Assembly (NCBI GenBank): GCA_005222975.1
Contig: NJBI01000011.1
Location: 1-64,000 of the forward strand
DNA length: 64,000 nucleotides
Direction of reading: 5' to 3'
Source: Promethearchaeota archaeon Loki_b31
GTDB lineage: Archaea > Asgardarchaeota > Lokiarchaeia > Sigyniarchaeales > SOKP01
The first letter of the stretch is position 1; each line of letters begins with the position of its first letter. Made by a program: the position numbers and the translations under genes. Positions 38,250 through 48,093 of the stretch are shown piece by piece. The notes below the pieces were generated by a model, which was not told the origin of the DNA, did no database searches, and was given only the letters and a program-made list of their open reading frames with translations.

Positions 38250-39341
38250 ATGGCGAATAAAATCAATATCGCTATTATTGGAATTGGAGATTGCGCAAGC
38301 GCCCTAATTCAAGGAGTAGAAAACTATAAAAAGAATCCCGATAAGATAATTGGATTACTACCAGAAATCAAACAATATAGCGTTAACAACATAAACTTTG
38401 TACTAGGGATCGATGTTAATTCAAATAAGGTTGGAAAGGACTTAAGTGAAGCTATTTTCATTGAACCAAATTGCAATATCAAATTATTTGAACCCAAATT
38501 TTTAGATGCTCCTGTAATAAAAGGACCTGTGAAGGATGGATTAAATAGCAATATAAAAAAGATAATTCCCTTAGATAATAATCAACTTGATTCGGACGTT
38601 TCTAAAGAGATAAAAAAGAAAAATGTTGATGTTGCAGTAATACTACTTCCTACTGGAAGCCATAACGCAGTGAAGTTTTATGCTATGGCTGCTCTCAATG
38701 CTGGCGCCTGTGTTATTAATGGAATGCCGTCATATGTAGCTAAGGACCCTGAAATCGTTAAGAAAGCCGAAGATTTATCCCTCTCATTAATAGGTGACGA
38801 TGTAAAATCTCAGATAGGCGCTACTATTATTCATCGCTCATTAGCAAATCTCTTTCCTATGAGAGGAGCAATTCTCGATCGCACAATTCAATTAGATTGG
38901 GGAGGATCGTCAGATTTTTGTAATTTATTAACTCCAAGAGCTAATGGAAAGCTAGTCTATGAAGAAGGAAAACGACAAGCTAAAACTGAAGCAGTTGTAG
39001 CAAATCTTCAAAATAAAGACACTATAGAATGTCAAATCTCAGCTGTAGACTATATTCCTTTCTTAAAGAATCAAAAGGAAGCGTATATGAGATTAGAAGG
39101 TCGAATTTTTGGAGGTGCTCCAGTTAGGGTTGATATTACGATGTTTGTGGAAGATGGAAATAATTCTGCGGGAGTAATAGCAGATTGTATTAGAGTTTCT
39201 AAAATTGCTAAAGATCGCAAAATTGGAGGTGTTCTACACTCAGCTTGCTCTTTCTTTAATAAACATCCTCCAGAACAATTAGAGGATTACGTAGCAAAAA
39301 TTCGCCTTGTAGAGTTTATAGAAAATAAAAGGGAAAGGTAA
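38250..39341 (+). CDS. ino1: myo-inositol-1-phosphate synthase
   Basis: GIGDCASALIQG, LPTGS, IGDDVKSQIGATIIHR, EDGNNSAG; start moved to the second ATG. Confidence 0.9.
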   Translation: MANKINIAIIGIGDCASALIQGVENYKKNPDKIIGLLPEIKQYSVNNINFVLGIDVNSNKVGKDLSEAIFIEPNCNIKLFEPKFLDAPVIKGPVKDGLNSNIKKIIPLDNNQLDSDVSKEIKKKNVDVAVILLPTGSHNAVKFYAMAALNAGACVINGMPSYVAKDPEIVKKAEDLSLSLIGDDVKSQIGATIIHRSLANLFPMRGAILDRTIQLDWGGSSDFCNLLTPRANGKLVYEEGKRQAKTEAVVANLQNKDTIECQISAVDYIPFLKNQKEAYMRLEGRIFGGAPVRVDITMFVEDGNNSAGVIADCIRVSKIAKDRKIGGVLHSACSFFNKHPPEQLEDYVAKIRLVEFIENKRER

Positions 39342-39371
39342 ACTCAAGGAACTTTTTCTTCACTTGCATAT

Positions 39372-40283
39372 TTAACTTTTTGCTCTAATAAGCGCACTTC
39401 GGTAAGTTTCTCTCATATTTATCAAGTTATAAATGTTATCTGAAACCAGACTCACTCCTTCAGGTATACTCCTAAAACTTGGGAAGTCGTTTACATCTAC
39501 AATGTAAGGACCTTTTTCAGTCATAATGTAATCTAATCCAAAAATAGACATTCCAAACTTTCGTCCTAATCTTATAATCCTTCTTTTAAATCGCTCGTCT
39601 ACAGGAACTCTAATATGGATTAGTTCTAACGGAGACAAATCTTTATTTTTTTGTAAGCGATTATGCGAAGTAATTGAAACAACCCAATTACCTATAACAT
39701 ATACTTTATAGATAATATCGTGCTCACCTAAATATTCTTGTAAAAATAACTCACTCTCGTTATAGCTTTGTATCAATTCAACTAATTCTTTCGAGTTTTT
39801 AGCAATTCCAATAATTCTATCGTTTTTAGGTAGCTCTGGTATGTTATGGGAGTTCAACTTAACTATAATTTTAGCACCCTCCTGACATGCTTTCCAAGCG
39901 TCTTGTTTGGTATAATAAGTGAGTGGTATTTGGATTTTCTTACATCTATTCTTGATTAATTCAAAAGTGTTTGTTCTACTCTCACAAATATGGACAGAAT
40001 TTAACGAATTTAGAATTGGGATATTTGGAGAAACGTTTCTAATAACTTTGTAGATATTTTCGTTAGATTTTTGGGTCGTAAGTTTAACAATCAAAAAGGA
40101 AATAGGGTATTTTTTCAATCTTTTTTCTAAATATTTTTCATTAAAATTTTCAGGTCCATTTTTCATTAAATTGACTAAATAAATATTATAATTCTTTAAT
40201 AGGAATTTCTTGATATGTTCTAAAACCTCAAGATCCCTATTACAAATGGCTCCTACATATTTCCTTTTTATATTATTCGCCAT
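39372..40283 (-). CDS. ATP-grasp protein, ITPK1-like
   Basis: LQEYL..YKVYVIG, IFGLDY, VDVNDFPSF. Confidence 0.75.
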   Translation of the reverse strand: MANNIKRKYVGAICNRDLEVLEHIKKFLLKNYNIYLVNLMKNGPENFNEKYLEKRLKKYPISFLIVKLTTQKSNENIYKVIRNVSPNIPILNSLNSVHICESRTNTFELIKNRCKKIQIPLTYYTKQDAWKACQEGAKIIVKLNSHNIPELPKNDRIIGIAKNSKELVELIQSYNESELFLQEYLGEHDIIYKVYVIGNWVVSITSHNRLQKNKDLSPLELIHIRVPVDERFKRRIIRLGRKFGMSIFGLDYIMTEKGPYIVDVNDFPSFRSIPEGVSLVSDNIYNLINMRETYRSALIRAKS

Positions 40284-40511
40284 TTAAAAAACCCTATTAA
40301 TTTGATTTTTTAAAAGCAAACCATAGTATATAAATGTATTGTTTGAGCGTATTTTCAGCCATTAAGTTTTTTTTTTTTTTCATTAATGAAGAATTAGATT
40401 ATAATAATAAATTCAAGATAATTCAATATTATATAGAAGTATGAATTTTATTAGTTTGTTAGTAAAATATCTTTTTAGAATTTAAAGTAATTGAATTAAA
40501 AGGTTAATTTT

Positions 40512-41330
40512 TTGATAAAAATTGGTATTATTATCGATAAGTACCATTTGCAGAAAAAAACCTCGCAACTTATTGAATATTTGTCCACAGTAGCAAAAAT
40601 TTCTCTATATCTTGAAGAAGATTATCTAATAGATTATTCTAACTTTGATTTTAATGAGGATATCTTTTTTGTCAAGGCTAAAGGTGATTTAATATTAAAT
40701 CTAATAAAGTTGATTGAAAGAGAAACAGATATTCCTGTAATTAATTCATCAAGAGGAATATGGTTAGCTATTAATAGATTTTTAAATAGTACTTTTCTAA
40801 GACAATCAGGAATACGAGTCCCTAATTTTACTTTAAACGCTAAAGGATTACTTCCGCCTTTTACTGATTATATTATAAAAAATATCATAGATCAAAAGAA
40901 CTATGCTTTTAGCCCCCAAATTCAAAGAATTAACGGATACTTAAATATTTCCGATCAAAGGGCATTAGACGAAGTAAACGGAGAGAAAGCAAAATATACC
41001 TATCTCTATTACCAAGAATTTATTAAAAGTAAATGGGAATATAAAGTATATTGCATTGGTGATGACCTGTTTTATTACAAACAACTACCAATATTAGTAA
41101 ATCCCGATAAAATGAAAACTAGGCGAAAAATTGATAAAATTCCTGAGCTAAAAGAAATTACCTTAAAAGCTTTAAAAACGATAGGATTAAAAATAAGTTC
41201 TTTAGATTTTCTAAGATCAAAGGAAGGTGAATTCTTCCTAACAGACATAAATTCGTCGCCCAATTTTAATTACATAAAAAATGGTCCAAAAATTATTGGA
41301 GATTATTTAATTAAACAAGCTAAAAATTAA
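40512..41330 (+). CDS. ATP-grasp protein, ITPK1/RimK-like
   Basis: YQEFI..EYKVYCIG, LDFL, TDINSSPNF. Confidence 0.7.
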   Translation: MIKIGIIIDKYHLQKKTSQLIEYLSTVAKISLYLEEDYLIDYSNFDFNEDIFFVKAKGDLILNLIKLIERETDIPVINSSRGIWLAINRFLNSTFLRQSGIRVPNFTLNAKGLLPPFTDYIIKNIIDQKNYAFSPQIQRINGYLNISDQRALDEVNGEKAKYTYLYYQEFIKSKWEYKVYCIGDDLFYYKQLPILVNPDKMKTRRKIDKIPELKEITLKALKTIGLKISSLDFLRSKEGEFFLTDINSSPNFNYIKNGPKIIGDYLIKQAKN

Positions 41331-41344
41331 GTTTAACAAATAAA

Positions 41345-42136
41345 ATGAAAATTGGAATATTATCAAAAAGAACAAGAAACTTCACTGGTAAAATCAAGCT
41401 TTACTTAGAAAAAAAAGGACACGCAGTGAATATTTATACTGCTAGCAATCTATGCATTAATGATGCTCTCTTAGTAAACGATTTTTACATATTAAAATCT
41501 AAGCATCTATTTTATCTATATGCGGGTTATTTTTTAGAAGCGAATAATATTCCCGTTATCCCAAGTACAGATATTAGTTATCGACATAAAAATCGAATTG
41601 AATCTTACTTTTCTATTAAAAATACTAATCTCTTACTTCCAAATGTTTTTATGGGAGCTATTGATACTTTAAAAGGTCAATTAAAAACATCTGATTTACC
41701 ACTTATTTTAAAACCACTTTTTGGCTCTGGAAGTAAGGGAGTGAAAATTATTAATTCTTTTCACGATTTTAATGATATTGACGAAAAGAATCTTTATTTA
41801 GAAAAGTTTATTGAAGGCACTCACTACTTAGTATACTTTATAGGCAATGAGATCTGTATCTGTGAAAAAAAACCTTTAGCAAACGAACACGACAAGGTAA
41901 AATTAATTCATTCTGATAGTGAGATGGAAGAATATATAATGAAATGGAAGAATAAATATAATCTTTTATTTGGCCACCTAGATCTTATAAGAGATAACAA
42001 CACTGATAAATTATACGTTGTAGATGCGGGAACCTTTCCTGAATTTTCAAATTGGAAACATAATACTGATCCCGTTTCGAAAGTATGTAATTTGATTCTG
42101 GATAGATATCAACAAATAAAAAATAAAACGGAGTAA
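41345..42136 (+). CDS. ATP-grasp protein, ITPK1/RimK-like (divergent)
   Basis: LILKPLFGSGSKGV, YLEKFI, HLDLI, VDAGTFPEF. Confidence 0.7.
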   Translation: MKIGILSKRTRNFTGKIKLYLEKKGHAVNIYTASNLCINDALLVNDFYILKSKHLFYLYAGYFLEANNIPVIPSTDISYRHKNRIESYFSIKNTNLLLPNVFMGAIDTLKGQLKTSDLPLILKPLFGSGSKGVKIINSFHDFNDIDEKNLYLEKFIEGTHYLVYFIGNEICICEKKPLANEHDKVKLIHSDSEMEEYIMKWKNKYNLLFGHLDLIRDNNTDKLYVVDAGTFPEFSNWKHNTDPVSKVCNLILDRYQQIKNKTE

Positions 42137-42173
42137 AAGTTTAAAAAAGAGGTATAGAATTTTTACATTAAAA

Positions 42174-43184
42174 ATGAATTCGGCCAACAATTCTCCTGGT
42201 TCAGACGAATATGACTATGCGAAATCTTTAATATTCAAAAAACAAAAGGTTAAATTATATGAGATTAAACACTTTCTTTTTGATTTTGGAGGAGTATTAA
42301 TAGAAAAGACATTTGTATTAAATAATTTATTTGCTTTTATTGAGCATGATCTAAATATTAAAATTCCATCAAAAGAAATTGATCCATATCTCAAAAAATT
42401 AAGACGGAGGTTATCGTCTGGAAGGATTTCTGCTAGAACATTTTTAGAATCGATATTTGAGATGTATTACATCCCTTTCCAAAAAAAAAATGAAGCGTTA
42501 CCGCCAAAAAAAGTTAATATCAAGTATTACTTGGAGCTTTGGTTTAATCTTTATACTCAAGTTACACACATATCGTCTGATATGGCAGAAATTGTTGAGC
42601 GTCTACATTTAGCGGGGTATACAGTAAGTCTTTTGTCAAATACTTATGACATTCATGCGAAATCAAATGAATTAAGGGGTTTTTACGATAATTTTGATAA
42701 CGTGTTTTTATCGAACGAAATTGGATTAATTAAACCCGATATGGATAAATACATATATGTATTAAAAAAATTAGGTTCCAAACCAAAAAGATGTATTTTT
42801 ATTGACGATAAAATAAGTAATCTTATTCCTGCGCATGAATTAGGAATAATCGTTATAAAATTCGAATCTTTCGAAAAGTTTAAACAGCAATTAAACGATA
42901 TAGGCATAAAAGAAATAAGCCCAAATTTAAGGAAAGAAATCAAGAAAAAGTATGAATCGTATAAAAAAAAGAAAAAGGAATACAACAAAATAAAAAGGGA
43001 ATACAAGAAGGCTAAAAATAAGTATCTAAAAAAAAGATATAGAAAGAAAAAATCGTTAAAGAGAAGGCTTGAATTCCAAAAAAAGCGAGCAGAATACCAA
43101 AAGAAAAAGATTGAATATCAAAATGAAAGGGATAAGAAAAAGGAAGAACTGATATCTAAAGTTAAATTAAATTTTTATAGGTAA
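42174..43184 (+). CDS. HAD-superfamily phosphatase with Lys-rich C-terminal tail
   Basis: FDFGGVL, LLSNT, KPD, FIDD; last ~85 aa extremely K-rich. Confidence 0.85.
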   Translation: MNSANNSPGSDEYDYAKSLIFKKQKVKLYEIKHFLFDFGGVLIEKTFVLNNLFAFIEHDLNIKIPSKEIDPYLKKLRRRLSSGRISARTFLESIFEMYYIPFQKKNEALPPKKVNIKYYLELWFNLYTQVTHISSDMAEIVERLHLAGYTVSLLSNTYDIHAKSNELRGFYDNFDNVFLSNEIGLIKPDMDKYIYVLKKLGSKPKRCIFIDDKISNLIPAHELGIIVIKFESFEKFKQQLNDIGIKEISPNLRKEIKKKYESYKKKKKEYNKIKREYKKAKNKYLKKRYRKKKSLKRRLEFQKKRAEYQKKKIEYQNERDKKKEELISKVKLNFYR

Positions 43185-43191
43185 TTAACCA

Positions 43192-44322
43192 TTATTTATT
43201 TTCTTCTGTTTCGTTATCGCGTTCTTTATTGTAAGCTTCTACCTTTTCCATAACGGATTCTGCGGGTGTTGCTGCGGGAATTGGCATTTTTTCGTAAATT
43301 TCAATAAACTTTACATTCTCTATATCTTCGCTCATATGAGTCTGAAGGTCCATGGCAAGACCAAATTTTAAGTAAGTGAGATTTTGGAACAGAAACATTT
43401 TAGGGATTGTAATTTCTAGAGTTTTATCCTCCGCATGATTTATAATAAATTCAGCAGCACTCTCTTTAGGAATCCCCTTTGTAATCATGAAATATTCAAT
43501 TTTTTCGTTAAAACCTTCGATTTTATCGATAATCTCTAGGTTGTAGTCGATTGATTGACCTGCCAAAGGATGGTTGTAGTCGATAATAACTTTTCCTTGC
43601 ATAATATTAGAAACTACACCTCTTTGACCTTTTTTATTGGTAAAATCTTGACCATATTCGGGGTTCTTGCCTTCATTTAATTTTCTAAATTTAGCGATGC
43701 CAATTCTTTCGATTTTTTGAGGGTCTCTTTTACCAAATGCTTTAGTAGGGGGTATTCTTACAGATTTTTTTTCAAAGTAATTCATTTCTTTAATTGTATC
43801 AGTTAATCCCTCGTTTACAAATCCTGGCTTTCCAGCAATAATGAATTCTGGGGTGTAATAACCTTGTTTACCCTTTTCTTCTTCGTAAATCCCAGCTTTT
43901 CTTGCGTCCTCCTCGGTAGAAACTCTAAAAACTTTACCTTTTTGGGTTCTTGCTGTCATTTTTAAGAGTACAAAATCACCTTCGTCAACTTTTTTTCCTT
44001 GTAATTTTGCCTTCTTTTCTTCTAATTTCTTAGCTTCTTCTTGAATTCTTTTTTCTTCCTCTGCTTCTGCTTCCACTTCTGCGGAGATTTTATCGTTTTC
44101 TACTGTACTACCATCTGAGGTAGCCTTATTTGAGTACCCTAACAAATCTTTTGCGTTACTTACGAATTTTTCAGCAGTAGCCTTTCCAATACCTTTAAGT
44201 TGTGTTAACTCATCCACATCCGCATTTGCTAATTTCTCAACTGTATCAATCCCAGCTTCTATTAGAACTTCCTGTTTTTTGCCAACACCTTTCACATCTT
44301 CTAAATTCATTCCTAAAACCAT
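43192..44322 (-). CDS. Long-type archaeal FKBP/SlyD PPIase with N-terminal helix-hairpin-helix domain
   Basis: VKGVG..LKGIG HhH; IPPTKAFGKRD, IDYNHPLAG. Confidence 0.88.
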   Translation of the reverse strand: MVLGMNLEDVKGVGKKQEVLIEAGIDTVEKLANADVDELTQLKGIGKATAEKFVSNAKDLLGYSNKATSDGSTVENDKISAEVEAEAEEEKRIQEEAKKLEEKKAKLQGKKVDEGDFVLLKMTARTQKGKVFRVSTEEDARKAGIYEEEKGKQGYYTPEFIIAGKPGFVNEGLTDTIKEMNYFEKKSVRIPPTKAFGKRDPQKIERIGIAKFRKLNEGKNPEYGQDFTNKKGQRGVVSNIMQGKVIIDYNHPLAGQSIDYNLEIIDKIEGFNEKIEYFMITKGIPKESAAEFIINHAEDKTLEITIPKMFLFQNLTYLKFGLAMDLQTHMSEDIENVKFIEIYEKMPIPAATPAESVMEKVEAYNKERDNETEENK

Positions 44323-44392
44323 TAAATAATATTAGTTAAGTTATAACCAATTAGATTTTAAAATTTTTCATTACTTATTACTTTTTCTAAAT

Positions 44393-44515
44393 TTAAGATA
44401 CTGGCTCATACAAAATTCCTAATTCGTCAGCATAATTCTTAACATCGTGCATTTCTTCTATTGAAGGTCTTCTGTTTATTTCTTTATATTTATAAACTAA
44501 ATATTCGGGGTGATA
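44393..44515 (-). pseudogene. Orphan duplicate 3' end of pflX (40 codons plus stop)
   Basis: Translates YHPEYLVYKYKEINRRPSIEEMHDVKNYADELGILYEPVS*, 23/40 identical to the PflX C-terminus. Confidence 0.9.
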
Positions 44516-44676
44516 AGAGATCAGAAAAAATTAAGTTTTTCTTTTTATAGAACCATTAGTATTAATATTCCTTATTTAAACAATAATTTTTGTTTAAATA
44601 CATGTGTTCTAATAATATAGTATAGTGTATATACATATTTTTAGCCAAGAGGGCAGAAAGTAGAGATTTTGATATC

Positions 44677-45948
44677 TTGAAGGAAACAGGAGTGTATTTG
44701 ATTAATGGGACAATTAAAGAAAAAATTGCTGATGCTGCAGCTCTTTTCAAAGCAATAAGGAAACAGATTTCATTGTATCCAAATCCTTGTTATTGTATCA
44801 GAAAAGCCATTGAAAATGCTGAGTTCTTCAGTTTGTTGCTTGGTTTAAAACCTTATTATTTTACATATAAAAGTCAAAGAAGTCAAAGAGGTAAGCAATT
44901 AGGTTTAGACCTTTTAATAAGAATTGAAACAATTCTGATGAAATCATTTGATTATTGGAGACAGAAAGAATCCGACTCAAAATTAATTGACAAGATTACT
45001 TTCATAAGGGATAATATTAGAAAGATCATTGAAAGTTATAAAGCTTCTAACAAACTTAAGTTATATGCTCATGGTTCAAATGGTGTTTTAGAACAACACC
45101 CTGATCTAAAACTAGATTATTTTAAAAATATTGACTCTCTAGAAAAAGCGTATTGGCTTGGTTGTTTGTTTGCTGAAGCTTATATTACTATTAAGAAACT
45201 TAAAAGTGGTAAAAAATATTATCAATTAGGAGTTGGATGTGTACAAGATGATTTCATTTTATTAGAAAGGTTTGCAGATGCTCTTGGCTTAGATATTGTA
45301 AATAATGAACCCCGTAAAGAAAAATATATTACTTCTAAAGGAGAAGTGCATCTATTTAGACGAATTACATTAATTAATAATTATTTTTGTAAAAATCTCA
45401 TATCTCATGGATTTATTGTGGGAAAAAAAAAATCAAAAAACATAAGATTACCAAAATTTAAAATTCGAGAACTATTACTAGTGTTTCTACTTGGTTATTA
45501 TGATGGAGATGGAACAATGGGGAGATCTAGAATAACTTCTAGTAGTGAGAAGTTTCTTGAAGATATTTTAAATTCGCCATTCTTAAATATACACATTTCT
45601 AATTCCAATTCCATCCAATATGATCCAGTTAAAAAATCATACATAATCACAGGAGATAGAATAAGTATAGGAGCAGACTTAATGAGAGAAATAGTTAAAA
45701 ATTATAAGAATAGCCTACCAAGAAAGCGAGCTTATTGGGAGAATTGGGTTGATAACCGTACAAATAAACCTTCTCCAAAAATGGATTTATTAAGAGAAAA
45801 ACTACCTGAAGAGGAACTAATAAACCTTATGAAAAAATTTACTCTAAAACAAATTGCATATATGTACGGAGTTGGGTATAGAACTTTAATGGATTATAAA
45901 GGCAAATTAAATATATATTTAAGAGACAGGTCTCCAGAAGATTCCTAA
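44677..45948 (+). CDS. Free-standing double-motif LAGLIDADG homing endonuclease with C-terminal HTH
   Basis: KAYWLGCLFAEAYI and FLLGYYDGDGT motifs; TLKQIAYMYGVGYRTL HTH. Confidence 0.85.
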   Translation: MKETGVYLINGTIKEKIADAAALFKAIRKQISLYPNPCYCIRKAIENAEFFSLLLGLKPYYFTYKSQRSQRGKQLGLDLLIRIETILMKSFDYWRQKESDSKLIDKITFIRDNIRKIIESYKASNKLKLYAHGSNGVLEQHPDLKLDYFKNIDSLEKAYWLGCLFAEAYITIKKLKSGKKYYQLGVGCVQDDFILLERFADALGLDIVNNEPRKEKYITSKGEVHLFRRITLINNYFCKNLISHGFIVGKKKSKNIRLPKFKIRELLLVFLLGYYDGDGTMGRSRITSSSEKFLEDILNSPFLNIHISNSNSIQYDPVKKSYIITGDRISIGADLMREIVKNYKNSLPRKRAYWENWVDNRTNKPSPKMDLLREKLPEEELINLMKKFTLKQIAYMYGVGYRTLMDYKGKLNIYLRDRSPEDS

Positions 45949-47031
45949 TTTATCCGCATAATTTCTAACTTCTTGAATTTCCTGTGAATTAGGTCTACGA
46001 TTTATTTCAGGATAGTGAAAAGCTTTGTACTCTGGATGAAACTGCTGCATTAGGTTCATAACCGCTTTTGGAAGTTCTTTAGCTACATAATCTAATATTG
46101 GCTTAGAACAGCATTCCACATGATTAGGCATGATTAAGTGTCGAATTATTATTTCCCCACTTCCTAAATCGTGAATTCTTTTAAGATTACGAGTTATTAC
46201 ATCGTAATAACCTTTTATTCCAGAGTATTTTTCTCCACATTCGTTGTTGCCGTACTTAAAATCAGGTAACCAAAAATCTATAAAATCTATGATGAGAGAC
46301 AACGATTCGTTAGTAAGATAAAAGTTTGAATTCCAGAGTTGCGTAATGTTTGATGTTTGATGTTGAAAACTACCTACAATAGTATGGAGGTTTGGTATAG
46401 GATCACCTCCTACATAATTGATATTTATAGCACCTTTCCCAACTAGTTTGTCTGCAAGAGCGGCTAATTGTAAAACATCAACTTTTTGAGCAATATCTTC
46501 AATATTTCTCCGACCTTTCCAAGCTTGAGAAATATCGTAATTTTGACAAAAGACGCAACCAAAATTACAACCTTGGAAAAAGATAGTACCGCTTGGTATC
46601 AGCGGAGATTCTTCGCCCATATGTAAAAAAGCAGAGGAAACAAACGAATCTTTCGATATCAGACAAAATCCTTTTTCACCATCTATACGGTTAACCTTAC
46701 ATTGCCTTTCGCAAAAAATGCAACTCTCAAGATATTTATTTGCTAATTCTTCAGCTAGAGTAATATAACTTTTAGAGGCTATGCTACGATTTTTAAGATC
46801 TTCAGTTGGATTTTTTAACAACTCATTAAATTCTACAGATTTTTTCCTTAACAAATCCTCTAAATGTTCTATAGTATCTTTTGTATCGTATTCACATTTT
46901 ATACTTTTTGCGATAATATACCTTGCAACTTCCTTATTGTCAATGATCCCTCGATATCTAGGAAATCTTTTGAGCAGTTCTTCGTTTTTCCACACCGAAA
47001 TTGAGTCTGGTCGAAGAATTCTAAAAACCAT
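45919..47031 (-). CDS. pflX: Radical SAM protein, PflX family
   Basis: CIFCERQCKVNR, HMGEE, GCNFGCVFCQNYDIS, RHLIMPNH. Confidence 0.88.
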   Translation of the reverse strand: MVFRILRPDSISVWKNEELLKRFPRYRGIIDNKEVARYIIAKSIKCEYDTKDTIEHLEDLLRKKSVEFNELLKNPTEDLKNRSIASKSYITLAEELANKYLESCIFCERQCKVNRIDGEKGFCLISKDSFVSSAFLHMGEESPLIPSGTIFFQGCNFGCVFCQNYDISQAWKGRRNIEDIAQKVDVLQLAALADKLVGKGAININYVGGDPIPNLHTIVGSFQHQTSNITQLWNSNFYLTNESLSLIIDFIDFWLPDFKYGNNECGEKYSGIKGYYDVITRNLKRIHDLGSGEIIIRHLIMPNHVECCSKPILDYVAKELPKAVMNLMQQFHPEYKAFHYPEINRRPNSQEIQEVRNYADKLGIFWRPVS

Positions 47032-47124
47032 AATTAATATATTAGAAACATTTTTTAATATGATTTTCGCTAAATTTATTTTTAAATGTAAGAATGAGAA
47101 ATGGACGAGGATAGAGTTAAAGAA

Positions 47125-47853
47125 TTAGGTATCAAATGCTAACCATTTGATGATGTTTGAAAGAAATTTAATATTATCACCAGCATCTAATCCAAATTCA
47201 TCTTCAATAAGCCAATCTGATGAACCTATAGTTACACATCTCCCGTTAAAAAACTCGGATACAACACAAATAGGCACCAGCCCAATTATTTCTATATCGT
47301 CGTCAATTGTATATTTAAATTCTGCTTTTTCGGAAGTAACGATTAAATCCTCAACATCCTCTTCCGTTAGTGTAAAGAAAGTACAGTTTGGCAGGACTAC
47401 TTCAGTAATTCCTTCAGTTATCGGATGGTTAAATAAGAGGTTTATTAGTACATTTTGTTTGTTGACTAAAAAATGTGAGTGTGATTCTTGAATTACGCCG
47501 TTCCAAAATCGTCGCACTCCCGTCATTTTATACAACACCCGAATAGAACCTAGCTTCATAGCAACATCATTATCGCCCCCACCTCCACTAGTTAAAAAAA
47601 GGCTCCCGCCACCCCCAACATACCGCTTAATTGCTAGTAGTTCGTCCTTAGTAAATTTATCTGCCTTTCCGTCTTTAGTATGCTGAATATGTCCCATAAA
47701 TAGAATGTCATAATCTTCAAGTGTATCAAAATCTATAGGTCCTTCATTCTTGTCAATATAATCGACTTCTAATTCGACTTCGCTTAAAGAAAAATCGGGA
47801 AATTCCTCTATCTTTTCTTTGTGAGATAAATCGACTATTATACTATATGGCAT
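47125..47853 (-). CDS. Class I glutamine-amidotransferase-like fold protein (DUF4350/GIFT-like)
   Basis: IIVDLSHKE, FTKDELLAIKRYVGGGGSL, HPITEGI, DNIKFLSNIIKWL. Confidence 0.6.
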   Translation of the reverse strand: MPYSIIVDLSHKEKIEEFPDFSLSEVELEVDYIDKNEGPIDFDTLEDYDILFMGHIQHTKDGKADKFTKDELLAIKRYVGGGGSLFLTSGGGGDNDVAMKLGSIRVLYKMTGVRRFWNGVIQESHSHFLVNKQNVLINLLFNHPITEGITEVVLPNCTFFTLTEEDVEDLIVTSEKAEFKYTIDDDIEIIGLVPICVVSEFFNGRCVTIGSSDWLIEDEFGLDAGDNIKFLSNIIKWLAFDT

Positions 47854-48093
47854 CTTAATGCTACTCCACGATCTAATGTGCTTTAATTTTTGATAAAGTG
47901 TATTTGTTTATCCTAAGTTGTTTAAAGTGTTAATTCTTCTAACTAAAATAATATAATTTTTATTTTTAAAGATATGTTATTATTTTTAAAGGTTTCTAAA
48001 AAAAATGGGCTATTTAAACTTTATCCTTGTGTAATGTTTAAATATTTAGAGGTGAAAAGATAAGAGATAGAAAAGATAATACAGGTTTATTGC

